DNA of 63,714 bases from the NCBI RefSeq assembly GCF_001194135.2, contig NC_068982.1, forward strand, positions 185,524,066 through 185,587,779, given 5' to 3'. Of this stretch, positions 1 to 13,195 are shown one piece after another. The notes below the pieces were generated by a model. That model was given only the letters and a program-made list of their open reading frames with translations. It ran no database searches and was not told the origin of the DNA. This DNA comes from Octopus bimaculoides (taxonomy: Eukaryota). The first letter of the stretch is position 1. The number at the start of each line of letters is the position of its first letter. The position numbers and the translations under genes were made by a program.

Positions 1-112
1 ATACATACATATATATATATATATACATACATATATATATATACATACATATATATATATATACATACATATATATATATATACATACATATATATATAC
101 ATACATATATAT
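1..112. repeat. (AT)n/(ATAC)n microsatellite. Similar simple repeats at 5860-5890, 31040-31150, 36160-36290, 39590-39645, 40435-40490, 41150-41415, 49420-49505, 54050-54140, 63220-63365
   Basis: Visible directly. Confidence 0.95.
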
Positions 113-276
113 ATCATCATCATCATCATCGATTAACGTCCGCTTTCCATGCTAGCATGGGTTGGACAACTTGACTGAGGACTGGTGAAACCGGATGGCA
201 ACACCAGGCTCCAATCTAAATTTGGCAGAGTTTCTACAGCTGGATGCCCTTCCTAACGCCAACCACTCAGAGAGTA
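113..276 (-). mobile_element. 3' tail of the young RTE-clade LINE (or an RTE-tailed SINE) ending in (GAT)n
   Basis: Reverse complement of the tail that follows the RT ORF end at 25440-25870 (...gttaggaagggcatccagctgtagaaac...gcatggaaagcggacgttaaacgatgatg). Confidence 0.85.
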
Positions 277-1329
277 TATATATATAAAGAGAAGAGTACT
301 TGATATATGTAGGATACTAGCAGGGAATTTTCAGTTCCTAATGATTAAGTCTTTTGATGATCTCTACATTATATTTAAATATAATCAGTACTGCTTTAAA
401 AGTTTCAGTTATTTCCCTTCGTTCTTTATCGCACCTTCACCTACATATGGTTTGTTATAATTTTTTGTCATCGCCTTGTTGGAATTTAGCTTGTGACAAC
501 TCTTCACTACTTGCCATAATATCTAGGAAAAGAAGTAGTGAAGTAATTTTGGAAAATCAAAATGGGGGATGGGGCAAAAAAGACCGAGGCACACAGCTCT
601 AAACCTTTCCCACCCATTCTTACTGGTCAGTATCAGAAAGTTATCCAATGCAAATTAGGTCACCTAGGAGATGGAAGCTATCAACTACTTCTAGAAAGCA
701 TAAACAGGGGGAATGAATATTGCAGTTATTAAAAAATGGTGAGAAGACATGTTTAGACAGCAACAGCACTGATAAGAACACAGCTTATCATCTGAAACTT
801 TTGTGTATTGCTTGACAGAAGCATTGTTTATTATAATAGTGTTTCAGTAATGTTTAGGTGTTGTATTAGTTCTCTGCAATCGTTCTAATACTTGATAGCC
901 ATTGTACAATCATTATCTATGACAGTTATAAGTAGTAAAGACTAGAAGAATACATCCGTTTTTAATATATGTACAATTGTGGAGTTTATTGGTTGACAGA
1001 AGTATTCATTTGTTAAAATGGTGCTTTAATGACAAATTGATTTCTTCACTCTCATTCTAATATCCAACAGATATTGCATGGACGTTTACCTCATCAATAA
1101 GTAGACGGGTTCATCGTACATAGAATGAAGGTATCTAACACAAATACCACTCCAGAGAAACACCCACACACACACTACCTCGTGTACAGACTCACATACA
1201 CTGCAACAATACAACCCCTTTACACACAGCGTACATGGCATGCACAGATACACATACACTGTAATAGTACTCTCTCCACACAAACAGTACATATCAGGCA
1301 TATACATATTGGCACACATGCCACTCAAG

Positions 1330-1361
<32 letters not shown>

Positions 1362-3034
1362 ACCGTGTGTGCCCAAAACACATGCACACACAAAGTACTT
1401 CCTGTGCATGCAAGTGTAAACACAGATTACACAATCATCACAACCATACTAACAAAACTAAAAGTAGTGCCAGTTTTCAACAGACCCTCTCTGCCTCAGC
1501 ATGACCCTGTTGTACAGATGCCAATTAGTAGATATTTTAATCCCAACCCAGCAGGCAACATCTTAATAGATTCCCCTCCCTTTATGTCACATGTAATTAT
1601 GTGTGTGTATGTGTAAATGTATGTTTGTATATATACACATACTAACTCTACCATGTCTCCTTAACAGGTCTCTGACACCAAAGTTAACCTTTTTGTTTAG
1701 TTGTTTAGTTTGTCCATTAGTAGCCTGTGCAGTACTTGACAAACACAGTTAATTAATTACAAACACTAGTATCACTTATACACCAACACCACACCTCCGC
1801 CTACCTGCACCACATACACTTGAAGACTACTGGTATGCCAGAACTCTACATCCTTAATACACATCATTTTTCAAAAACTTTGGTAGTTTGTAAAGCAGCA
1901 CTTGATGGTGGTGGTGGTGGTGGTGGTAAAGGAGGAGGAGAGGGAAACTGGGATGAAAGACACAAACAGATTTCTTTATAACATTTAACCCAGTGTCAAA
2001 TAAGGAGGAGAGTGGGAGATATAATTAATTGCGGGGATATTGGGGGGAGGAGTACAGGCCAAGGATAACCAAGCAAACTCTGCATCCTCTTGGAAAACAG
2101 AGCTAGTCTAATGCCAACTGGTTACTTAAAGTCAGTCATAAGACTCCTAACTACTACACTAAACATGGAGCAGTTTCCTGTCCATCATACACTCAACTTA
2201 TATCTTTATACCTATCTTTTGATCTTATTTCATTGGTTTTCTTTGCAGTGATAATCTTTTCCCCATTAAATGTTACAGAAATTCTGGGGTTATTCCTATT
2301 TCTACATCTGGTATTATTTATCTGCGTCTTCTGGTCTTTGACCTTTTGGTCTAACTTTTCCTAAAGACTTTACTTAGAATGATTATATTAGATTTATTGC
2401 TAAATCAACTATTATGAAGGCTAGTTCTTTATATTGAGTCCATCATTATCTTCTCTCAATGTCTTCATCTTACCTGTTCTTGTTTGGAATCCAGTGGTCA
2501 CGTTTGGGTTGCAATCCCTGCTGGTTGTCTCTTCTAAAATTATTTGTTCAGTTTTGGCAACTGCTTCTTCATCACCAAGACAATGTTTCTTTATTTTTGT
2601 TCTATATATACACTCATTGTTCTGCTGAACTTCCATCCCATGTACCTCTTCTAAAGATTATTATTCAAATGACTCATCTTTTTGTTAAATCTCATCCTTT
2701 CATTATTGTGTTTCTATAAGAGTTGTTTTTATATTATACAAAACTGATCCTTCTTGTTTTCCCAGACAAAGATGATCTTAATTCTTTTAACTCTTAACAG
2801 GTTTATGGTTATTAGAGCATCATCTAGTTCAATTTTTCTTTCTTATTCTTTTGTCACTCTCAACATATTAAGCAGTTGTTTAAGGTCTGGATTGCTTTCC
2901 ACCGTGACAGGGATGACTTAAAAACTTTCCTAATTTAAGAGAGTAGATGTGATATGGAGGAGATTTGGCTTCTATTTGTAGCAGCAGAACAACTGAGTAC
3001 ATTGTGTCTGCACTGCTTGATCAGATATATTCTT

Positions 3035-3177
3035 ATCATCATCATCATCATCGTTTAACGTCCGCTTTCCATGCTAGCATGGGTTGGACGATTTGACTGA
3101 GGACTGGTGAAACCGGATGGCAACACCAGGCTCCAGTCTGATTTGGCAGAGTTTCTACAGCTGGATGCCCTTCCTAA
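3035..3177 (-). mobile_element. RTE 3' tail fragment
   Basis: Same catcatcgtttaacgtccgctttccatgctagc...ggatgcccttcctaa sequence as 113-276. Confidence 0.85.
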
Positions 3178-3795
3178 AATAAGATCTTTTCTGTTTGGAT
3201 TTCACTTTTCAGTTCCTTTAATTTTGTTCCAAACAGGAAGGATTCTATAAGTGCAAATATTTACCATTAATGTTTATAGAAATACATAGGAAACTACAAA
3301 AATTTGACAGCAGTCAACTAGGAAAGTTTGTATATGGGTAACAAGTTAGAATTGGTTGTCTTGGTGGAGTTGGTGAGTCTGAGAAAACACTAAATATGAT
3401 GCAAGTGGCCACCTAGAGCTCAATGGATTGGCTGAAGAGGTAATCTTATATCTACTCTACTCAGCAGATATTTCACCCAAGGTTTAGGAGCAGCAGCAAT
3501 AAATAGCCAGAAACTCAGACACATTCATTGAAATCCCTCACCTCAAGAATTCTATTGCTGTGTTATTCACTGGCACCACTGGTAGTAACAATACCTACTA
3601 CTATAACTACATCTTAGAGATGAAACTGGAAACATCTTGATCATTGATGGATCTTTGAAGTTTAGTGTTCCAACAGGAAACAAAGGATTTTACTAAGATT
3701 TTAATGTAGCAGGTATTAGATATAAAATACCCAATTTAAGACAGTAAGTACTAACAAATTCAGTGATGACACTTTAAATACACATCACTTTTTAA

Positions 3796-4011
3796 TCCTT
3801 TTGAGACACAGTGTTTTTGGTTGGTTGAAATTGTAATTGATGGATGCATGTAGAAAAAAAAAAAAGGATAAAGTGCCAAAAACTACTTTATTAGTATGTA
3901 AAACTATATATATTATATAATTTTATATTATATCTACTGAAAGACGATCCCTGATAAATGTTTGTTTCATCGAGCCAATGTGTCACATGGGCCCCGGGTG
4001 TCACAAGAAGG
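3796..4011. mobile_element. TTAA-flanked MITE (piggyBac-like)
   Basis: TTAA at 3792-3795 and 4012-4015; imperfect TIRs ccttttgagaca / tgtcacaagaagg. Confidence 0.5.
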
Positions 4012-4134
4012 TTAAATGACAGATATACAGTTCATGTTCTCTTGGTTGACCTGTTGCTTTTTTCTGACTTGAATTTGTCTTCACAAATATACAAGGACTA
4101 TATATTTTTCATATTTATCATTATAATCAAGTCA

Positions 4135-4520
4135 GGCAATAGATGGCAGAATTAGTCGAGTAATGATAAAGAAATAGTTTGTGGTAATGAGGCACATCCC
4201 TATATTCTGAGTTCAAATCCCAACAGAATCAACTTTGCATTTCATCCTTACAAGAACATATAAGTACTGTCGAGTACTGTTATTGATATGATCTACTCGT
4301 GAGAAATTATTGTTATTAAATATTATAATATTGTAATATTATTGATAAGTCAAAGCAGCAAACTGACAAAATCATTACTGCACTGGAAAAAAAATGCTTA
4401 GTGGCAGATCTTCCAACTTTATGTTCCGAGTTCAAATGCTGCTAGGGTTGATAACACATGTACCAGTTGAACACTTGGGGTTGATTACATCAACTCCCAA
4501 CCCCCACAGAAATTGCTGAT
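4135..4520 (+). mobile_element. Two degraded tRNA-derived SINE copies (Meta/MESC-like core)
   Basis: ggcagaa...ttctgagttcaaat...actttgcatttcatcctt motifs match the better-preserved copy at 52279-52495. Confidence 0.6.
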
Positions 4521-5854
4521 ATAGTCTACAGAGAGGTTTGTAGATATGGTAGTGCTATAGTAGTAGGAATTAAATTAGACAAAGAATTGGGCAGAAATAA
4601 TATGGAAAGGAAGAGGAAGAAGATGAGAGAAAAAGTGAGGAGACTCAAAGAAATTTTGAGAAAGAGAATTCTACCCATCAGGCACACACCCAGAATTGAC
4701 CATATGAGAAACAAGGTATTTGAAGAAGGGATGGGAGTACATTTAACAGGAAATTCACAAGAGTGTGGAAAGTTGTGTAACTGAAAGTTCCACGCCCAGC
4801 ATCAAGTAGGCACATCCTTTAGCAATTCTTCCTCTCCTTTGTATGAAGCCATCTCACATTGATACACACTTGTAAGTAGTGTGTTGAGTATAAAATCAGT
4901 AAACAGAAAGACCACAATTGACAGCTCATGGGTTAAATTGTTCTGTAAATTTAGACATTTGCATAATCAGTGGAATAAGATAGGTGACCCCTTGCCAACA
5001 GTAAACAACTAATCTGTTTTGCAAGTAATCAAAGCAATGATAGCAAGATCTTACTCAAGGAAGGATTTAACAGAGTACTGCTAGGAATAGTAATCCAGAA
5101 ATGTAAACCTCCAGCTACCAAATTCACTCACACGGCTTTGGTTGGCCCAGGATTACAGAAGACACTTGCCCAAGGTTCCACACAATGGCATTGAACCCAA
5201 GACCACAGCCATGGGGAAAAAAAGGGGATAATTGATTATGATCATGAGTGTGCTCAATCAGAACATATATGAGGTTAAAGAACAACAAACAGTGTGTGTG
5301 TGTATGTGTGTGTGTGTGTGGAGAGAGAGAGGGGGAGGGGGAAGAGAGAGAATCCTGCAGAAACAACAGCAGTGTACATATACACCTGGCTACAAAAAGT
5401 ACACATCAGAAGATAAAGTACAGAAAGAAAATTGTAATGATTCAGAATAAACTAAGTCACACATACACACATACAAACTACCATTCCACCTCTATTTCTT
5501 TTACCCCCTATCTCCTTCAACCTCTGTGACTAAACCACCCTCTACTTAGAATTGCAACTATCAAAAATTTATTGAATAAAAGGAAGGGAGAAAACAGTAA
5601 AATAATCAATTCTAGAGAAAAAAAAATTCCAAACACCTACACTGCAGGATGGAAGTGGAAGAGGCTGAGGAGTAGTGGCTGCTATGGTGATCTGATGTCA
5701 ACATGACTAATCCATCTGTTAGTCAGCAGGGGTTGGAGAGGGAAAGTAACAATGTAATTAAAATACTTTAAACACACCAGCTGACAGACTATTGAACAAG
5801 GAAGAAACAGAAAGGCAAATAGTTAGTTGGATAGACAGACAAATACATAGACAC

Positions 5855-5894
<40 letters not shown>

Positions 5895-6240
5895 GGACAA
5901 ACACAGAGATACATACAGACACACACACAGATGGGAAAACAGAGATAAAGATAGATAAATAGATGATAGAAAAAGACAGATTGATATACATAGATAGATA
6001 GAAAAAGACAGATATAGACAAATAGACTAGCATTACTAAGGTAGCCATGTCCTCATGGTGACTGACTAAAAAGACCTCATAACGCCACTGCTCATTTGTC
6101 TGCATCGTTAGAGAGTGACAAACAAGAATGATAGAGATTAGAGGGATCTGTGATGGTGAGAGGAGTGATAAGAATACTCAGAATTACATATATACATACA
6201 TCATTTAACGTCAGTTTTCCATGCTAGCATGGGTTAGACA

Positions 6241-6321
<81 letters not shown>

Positions 6322-6336
6322 CATACATATATATAC

Positions 6337-6495
6337 GACGGGCTTCTTTCAGTTTCCACCTACCAAATCCACTCACAAGGCTTTGGTCGGCCCGAGGCTA
6401 TAGTAGAAGACACTTGCCCAAGGTGTCACGCAGTGGGACTGAACCCAGAACCATGTGGTTGGTAAGCAAGCTACTTACCACACAGCCACTCCCGA
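6337..6495 (-). mobile_element. tRNA-derived SINE head (family B) followed by a microsatellite
   Basis: Reverse complement ggagtggctgtgtggtaagtagcttgcttaccaaccacatggttctgggttcagtccc...ccttgggcaagtgtctt has A/B-box-like motifs; near-identical to 50279-50435. Confidence 0.85.
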
Positions 6496-7083
6496 GCCTT
6501 GTATATATTGGAATGAGACAGTTTGGTACAGCTGCTTGGATGCAGACGATTTGGCACAGCTAATCAAACATTCAGCCTATTTTAGTGACAGTACTTGTGA
6601 CAGAGGTACACACACACACATAGAGAAATATACATAGTTGTGTAAATTGGATGGGTTATTGATGAGACAAGTCTTGCTGCGAAAACTAAAATGAAAAGGG
6701 ATGAGACAAAGATCCTGCTAAGTAAACAATACATGTAAACATTCAACATTGCACTGTTGGCAGAACATGACAGGTAACTGAACATGGATAAGCTAACAGT
6801 CTATTATGATTAGGTAGGAGTATAATCCATTATCTTAACTTTAGTATATGACAAGTGCATTATTTTACCAGACTGGGAAACATAAAGGGCCAAAATCTCA
6901 GTGGAATTTGAACTCAGTAAACATTGATTTGAAATAGAAACATCCAACTAACAGACTGTATAATCCAACAATAGAGCCTCTATGTAGTCATTTGGCCTGT
7001 TAGAAAGAGTTGCCAAATCTACCTAAAATCACACAATGTTAAAAATGGAAGGATGCATTTGGATATGTAGTTCCACATGGATT

Positions 7084-7454
7084 TTGTTGGCACTCCATCG
7101 CTTAGGACGTCGAGGGTTCCAGTTGATCCGATCAACAGAACAGCCTGCTCGTGAAATTAACATGCACTCCACAGACATGTGTACCCTTAACGTAGTTCTC
7201 GGGGATATTCAGCGTGACACAGTGTGACAAGGCTGACTCTTTGAATTACAGGCACAACAGAAACAGGAAGTAAGAGTGAGAGGAAGTTGTGGTGTAAGAG
7301 TACAGCAGGGTTTGCCACCATCCCCTGCCGGAACCTTGTGGAGCTTTAGGTGTTTTCGCTCAGTAAACACTCACAACACCCGGTCTGGGAATCGAAACCG
7401 TGATCCTATGACCGCGAGTCTGCTGCCCTAACCACTGGGCCATTGCGACTCCAC
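7084..7454 (-). mobile_element. Full-length tRNA-derived SINE (family E) with 11-bp TSD
   Basis: Minus strand begins gtggagtcgcaatggcccagtggttagggc (A box) ...ggtttcgattccc (B box); direct repeat CCACATGGATT at 7073-7083 and 7455-7465. Confidence 0.85.
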
Positions 7455-8814
7455 CCACATGGATTATGTCTGTAACATAATGGGTATGGTTAGAATGTCT
7501 TTGCTTAGAGAACAGCTGGATCATGACTGAGTTGAAGCTCAACAACAGACATATCACACAATGAACAAGTGTGTGTGTGTGTACAGTAGTCTCAAATCTT
7601 TGAGAATTGTGATTGGATTGTATCCAGAGGTACTGGGCCCTTAGATTCTTATCTAGCATTTGAAGGATTGGCCGTGAGCCACAGCTCAGAGAAGAGTTGA
7701 CTTGTGTGTGGTTGGGGTGATGGACAGTAATGTACTGCTCAACAATGTCAGCAAAGGAAAGAATAGTAACAACCACTTATGGGCACATATGGATAAATAT
7801 CTAATAAATATTACTAACATTCCACCCACCCACCCCACCACTATCACTGAAATTAACACACCACTAACACAACCAGCCATATCACACCAGTAATCACCAC
7901 TGCCATTTTAATCACAATGTAAACTAAAAATGTAACTCCTTGATGAAATCTAAAATTAGCCATTTAATTACTTTAATTACATATATATATATATATATAT
8001 AGAAAGAAGTGGTGGTGGTGGTGGTGGTGGTGGTGGTGGTAGTCGTTGTGATGTTGTGGTTGATTACAGTAGTTTTAAAGATGTTAGACATAGGTCAGTG
8101 TGTAGTGTATATAAGGTTTTCATAAGTATGTAAATATATATTCATTGAAGAAATGTGAGAAAGTGGGTGTACTTCATTATCTGTGTGTGTGTGTGTGTGT
8201 GTGTGTGTGCATATATGTGTACATGCTTCATTATTTGCACGTGTTCTATTGTATTTAAGTGTGTGTATGACAGTATGTGTACGTTTGAGAGACAGAGAGA
8301 TTGAAAGAATGTGTATTGTGCATGTATTATTAGCTGTAAATTTGGGGCCCCTAAGCAATAATCACATATCCAGAGCAGAAGTAGTCGAATATCACACTAA
8401 TAGTACCAGCCACACCACAACACAATTTGTCAGATGATAATCTACCCATTTTAGCCAGCATGAAGGTATACTACCCGACACTATTTTGGTATTCTGTTTT
8501 GGCTATTAAAGTATCCTCTTATACTGTTAATCTACCTATCAGCTCAATCTCAGTTCTAGTGCAGATACAATTAGAACACAACAGAGTGCAAATTCTAAAC
8601 TACTACCACCATCCCTGCTAGAATCAGCTCTCCATCTCAGAAACTACTGAGGTTAGGGCACTACAAAACCCCTCTAAAACTGCATGAATTATTAAACAAA
8701 ATAAAACAGTTTCTTTTGTTTCCTCCAAATCTTTTTTTTTTCTTTTAAGCAAGTTTGTATTTCAAGTATTTTTTACTGAACAAACTAAGTTATATCTTTA
8801 TCTGTTATTTATTT

Positions 8815-8990
8815 GTTTCAGACTGTGGTCATGCTGGGGCGCCATCTTGTAGGGCTTAGTCGAACTGACTCCAGTACACATTTTTTAAGTCTGGCCTTAT
8901 TTCAATCATCTTTTACTGAACTGCTAAGTGGACATAAACAAACCAGCATGGCCTGTCAAATAGTCAGGTGTGGGGACAAGCACACACATA
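8815..8990 (-). mobile_element. 3' part of composite family B SINE
   Basis: gtttcagactgtggtcatgctggggc...gaactgctaagt...acataaacaaacc matches 21449-21770 and 39345-39560. Confidence 0.65.
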
Positions 8991-8993
8991 TAT

Positions 8994-9141
8994 ATCATCA
9001 TCATCATCATCATCATCGTTTAACGTCCGCTTTCCATGCTAGCATGGGTTGGACGATTTGACTGAGGACTGGTGAACCGGATGGCTGCACCAGGCTCCAA
9101 TCTGATCTGGCAGAGTTTCTACAGCTGGATGCCCTTCCTAA
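8994..9141 (-). mobile_element. RTE 3' tail fragment
   Basis: Same tail sequence as 113-276. Confidence 0.85.
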
Positions 9142-10763
9142 CTTCAGGTCGACCCTGTCCAAGAAAGCAGGGTATGATTAAAGGGAGATATAGCTATTAT
9201 TCTTACCATTTGTAGCAACTGTATAGATTGTGTTCAACATAATTACTTTAGCTTTTGGTGGTTATAACAGTTAATAGTATAAAACACAAACTAATACACC
9301 CAATCCTTCTTCCTGTGATCTCACAGGTCATTGAGTATCTATGAAGAGCATGGCCATAATCCCTTCATTTGAAACAATGCTAGATAGAAGGAAATACACT
9401 CCTCATTACCTCCCCAATAGTTAGAAGAGAAAACAGTTGTGGTCACAGTAAGACATTTCCTTTTTATGTTGATGTGTAGAAAACTTGTCAATGTTGTCCC
9501 TAAAAAATAAAAACAACCTCCCACAAAAAAAACAAAAAAACACATTGAGGATTACAATTGTTATATGCACAAAATGGAGGCTGTTAGTATACTGTGGAGG
9601 AGAAGAGGGCTGCCGTACATCATCACTAATTTCCCCAAATTTCTATTGTTTTGTTCTATTTCCATTTACTGTAACCTATTAACTATTTGATGTTTTTTAG
9701 TTGGAGTTAATTAGTTGTATGAATGTATGATTAGTCAGTCACAGATAAACAAACATGCAGACCAAATTCCTGCTGCCTACCCTCATTTACCCTACAGATG
9801 TTTAGGCTGGGCACTGACCACATCAATCTCAACCACTCTAAAAAGGCTTGAAATGGTTGTCAGTACTACCTCTCCTCCTTTGACTAAATTGCAAACAACA
9901 AAACAAAACAATAATAATGTCTCAAAGGAAATATTGAGTGAAAACAATCCTAAAATAGTTCTTTGTTTGACTATAAAAATACCAACAAAGAAATTAACAA
10001 TATCTCCAATCTCTTCTTTATTTAAGAGATGAGGAACTATGTACATTATTTACCACAAGCCGACCTTTACTGGACGATACCTCAACCTCAATTCCCACCA
10101 TCCATACAGCGTAAAGAGAAAGATTGCTCAGTGCCTAAAAACATTGTGCAAAGGATCAAGCTCAATAACAATCTGTTAAGCAACAACTACCCCACAAATA
10201 TACTATCCACTCCAATTATGAAGAAGAGAGAGAGGACGAGGTCAATAAACTGTCCACAGTCTGTCTACTCTATGTGAAAGGCCTCTCGGAAAAGATATGC
10301 GGCCCATATGACATCAGGACAGTATTCAAGAGCAATGCAACACTTTGCAAATATCTTCTTCGCGTAAAACCACCAATAAAAGAGAATATGACCAAAGACT
10401 GCGTGTACTCCATCCCATGCAGCTGTGGTAGGTTATACAAAGGCGAAACATGCCGCCCCCTCAAAATAAGGGTAGATGAACATCGCAAAGCTGTGACACA
10501 AGGAGATATTGATGGCTCGGGTATAGCTGATCATGTATGGCAAAATGGAGACCACCTCCCCCTGTGGGATGAAGTTAAAATAATAGACAGAGAACACCAC
10601 TGGAAAATATGAAAACTAAAAGAAGCAGCACATATGCTAGGACACAACAACCTCCTAAGCAGACCGAGTGCAGATATCAGCAGCAAATGGGAACCGGTAT
10701 TAAGGAAGGATAGAAAAAAATATTAGATTTATAATCCTTAAAATTCACTCTATAACTACCCAC

Positions 10764-10836
10764 GGGCATATGGTGTAGTGGTTAAGAGCATGGGCTACTA
10801 ACCCCAAGATTCTGAGTTCGATTCCAAGCAGTGACC
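10764..10836 (+). promoter_or_regulatory. tRNA-like Pol III promoter inside the Penelope terminal region
   Basis: A box TGGTGTAGTGG, anticodon-like arm GGG-CTACTAA-CCC, B box GAGTTCGATTCC; imperfect acceptor stem, so not a functional tRNA. Confidence 0.7.
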
Positions 10837-10907
10837 TGAACAACAACAATGATAATAACATTGAAAAATACCTTAGGAATGAGAACCCAGGTTCGAAATT
10901 TCCCCAA

Positions 10908-10953
10908 GACACCTGAAGAAGGCTGGAGGGTATATCAGCCAAAACATTGTGTT
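10908..10953 (+). ncRNA. Degenerate minimal type I hammerhead ribozyme
   Basis: GACAC-CTGAAGA-A-GGCTG(loop)CAGCC-AAAA-CAT-T-GTGTT; stems I and II pair; GAAA and ACGT appear as AAAA and ACAT, consistent with CpG decay. Confidence 0.7.
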
Positions 10954-13195
10954 AACAACAAACAAGATGAGGACAAATATCCGTCAAATGTAAATAATCT
11001 CCAATCTCTTGTTCTTATTCATTTTGTATGTAAATTCATTTGTTCAGCTGATAAACAGAACTTCATTCCCACCAAAAATTTTTATTACATAATCCAGAAA
11101 AAAGATCTAATATTTGCCAAACCATAAGTTTATATCTAAGGATTAGGCAAGGCACTAAAAAGTATCTTTAACGAAGTTATCAGTGTATTTCTTCAGCCAC
11201 TTGCTTGCAACAATGTGGACCATGTTAACAGAACGATAACCAATAATATCTGGTGTTGATGTACAGAAACAAACTTCATCAACAATCCTAAAATAGTTCT
11301 TTGTTGTGACAAAGACAGTAACAATCTCTCCAGCTTCTCGTTTTCATTTAGTTTGCAAGAAATCCAGCTTTTTCCACCTTCACACACAAAACACTTTTAA
11401 TCTTTATAGAAACTCTTGACATATAATCAGTTCAATGAAAATCTTTACAAAGCACTCATTTCAAAGGCTACACATGCAGGTCTTTCATCTTAACATGCGT
11501 CAACATGGGCTTTGTTTAAAAATTATCCAAATTATTTGGATAGTGGTGAAGGGCAGTTGTTGATTAGCAGTCCTGTATAACCAGATATATAGAATAACAA
11601 ATCCCTTGGTTAGCAATTTAATTCTTATTTCTTGAACTGAGATTGAAACATGTTCATAGTTATCTTTTGCCTGCAAACCAAGATTAAACTTTCTAAGCAC
11701 ACTAATTTCTGGAAATTATATTCCCTTTTCATTCAGAGTTACTAACAAATGTTGCTAGCTGTTTTAATCCTTCTGCAATTAAGAGGGAAATTTCAGTTAA
11801 GAAATGTTTGCATTCAGCATCAAGTACATGACACTTTATTTCATATAAAATGTTGACACACAGAATAAGTAGTGTGAAGTCATTTAAGAAGTTAAAATAG
11901 CATCTTAATAAGAATTATTTCATAAAATCCTAGGGAATGAGCATATAGAACAAACATGCATACAAAGAAGATGTATATAGTTTTATGTTATACATGGAAA
12001 GCCTGTAAAAGTCTATAGCATGCACAGGTAGCTGTATGGTTAAGAAGTTCATGTAACTGACCCATAACCTGTTAGGATTATTAACACATGAAATAACTGA
12101 CAAAAACTTTCCACAACTCAACAGATAATACACTCAAAGTATATAATAGAAACAGAGCTTGACATTATGGCCATGTGGTCAATAACTCAGCACTTTATCA
12201 CACACAGAGGCACAAACAATATGTGATCGTTTAACGTCCGTTTTCCATGCTGGTATGGGTAAGACGATTTGTGAGAGAATCAAATTAATGCTATAAATTA
12301 CAGGCATTCCCTACGTTATGGCTACTTCAAATTTACCAGATTTCATGTTTAAAGAAACTCAGGTGAATTTAATTCTAAAAACTACTTTCTTCATAGCAAA
12401 AGGTTGCTCCTTGGTGTTTCAGCTGAGATTAAAGCATATTCAGCGATCTGAAAACTATAGTCGTCTTTGTGTGTGTGTGCATGTGTTTCTGCAAGTGCTT
12501 GGGTATGCATCACTATAAACAAAGAAGGTGAGGATTGAAATATTTGTGTTTCTATATATTTTGGGGTGTCACAATGAGTATATATATCTATCTCTATAAA
12601 TCCACCTTCACCACCACCACACCATCATCAAAACCAGTATAACCACTGCCAATACCAACCCACCAACTCTTTAATGAATAACAACAAAAACAACTATACT
12701 ATGACCAAGAAAAGTAACTGCATTTAAAATAAAAGACAATCACATGAGGTAACGATGTACCCTAGAGTATTTTAAAGTTGAATGAAATATCTTTGATCCC
12801 AGGTCAGTAAGGATTGACTTGAGACTAAATAGCATCAACAATGCAATGAACAAGAACAATATAACCAACAACCCCCTTCCCCACCAATTACCATTACCAA
12901 CATCAAAACCAATACAGCCAACATAACCACCAACCATCAACTTTTGCATAACTAACAATGACAATAGAGTGTGAGTGAGAGAGAACTAAAAGAAGTGCCA
13001 GGGGGAAAGTGCCCATGAATTTGGTAATCTTTCAACTGTCATCATGCAATACTTCCATCCATCTCATTTCAATTCTTACATCTCAATTATTTTACTCTCA
13101 TAAAGCAGATTTTCCTGATAGTATTTTTTTTTACTACATATTTGTTGTGGATAATTGTTGACTGTCGCCACTGTTGAAATTACCCGCAATTCAAG

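Larger units (their letters stand above)
10016..10996 (+). mobile_element. 5'-truncated Penelope-like retroelement: RT thumb remnant, GIY-YIG endonuclease and terminal region, with 14-bp TSD
   Basis: Remnant YHKPTFTGRYLNLNSHHPYSVK and ORF 10274-10612 DCVYSIPCSCGRLYKGETCRPLKIRVDEH (Penelope GIY-YIG); direct repeat ATCTCCAATCTCTT at 10002-10015 and 10997-11010. Confidence 0.9.

Noticed and set aside
623-690. Minus-strand exon-like segment with a strong acceptor and donor
   Set aside because: It contains an RTE fragment (VVDSFHLLGD) and has an in-frame stop.
2200-2850. Purine-rich minus-strand ORF 2421-2636 with a gtaag donor
   Set aside because: The flanks are similarly purine-rich and stop-riddled, suggesting a decayed retroelement ORF; no motif could be assigned.
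10764-10836. tRNA-Ser(ACT)-like gene
   Set aside because: Acceptor and anticodon stems are imperfect and it lies inside a retroelement; treated as a tRNA-derived module.
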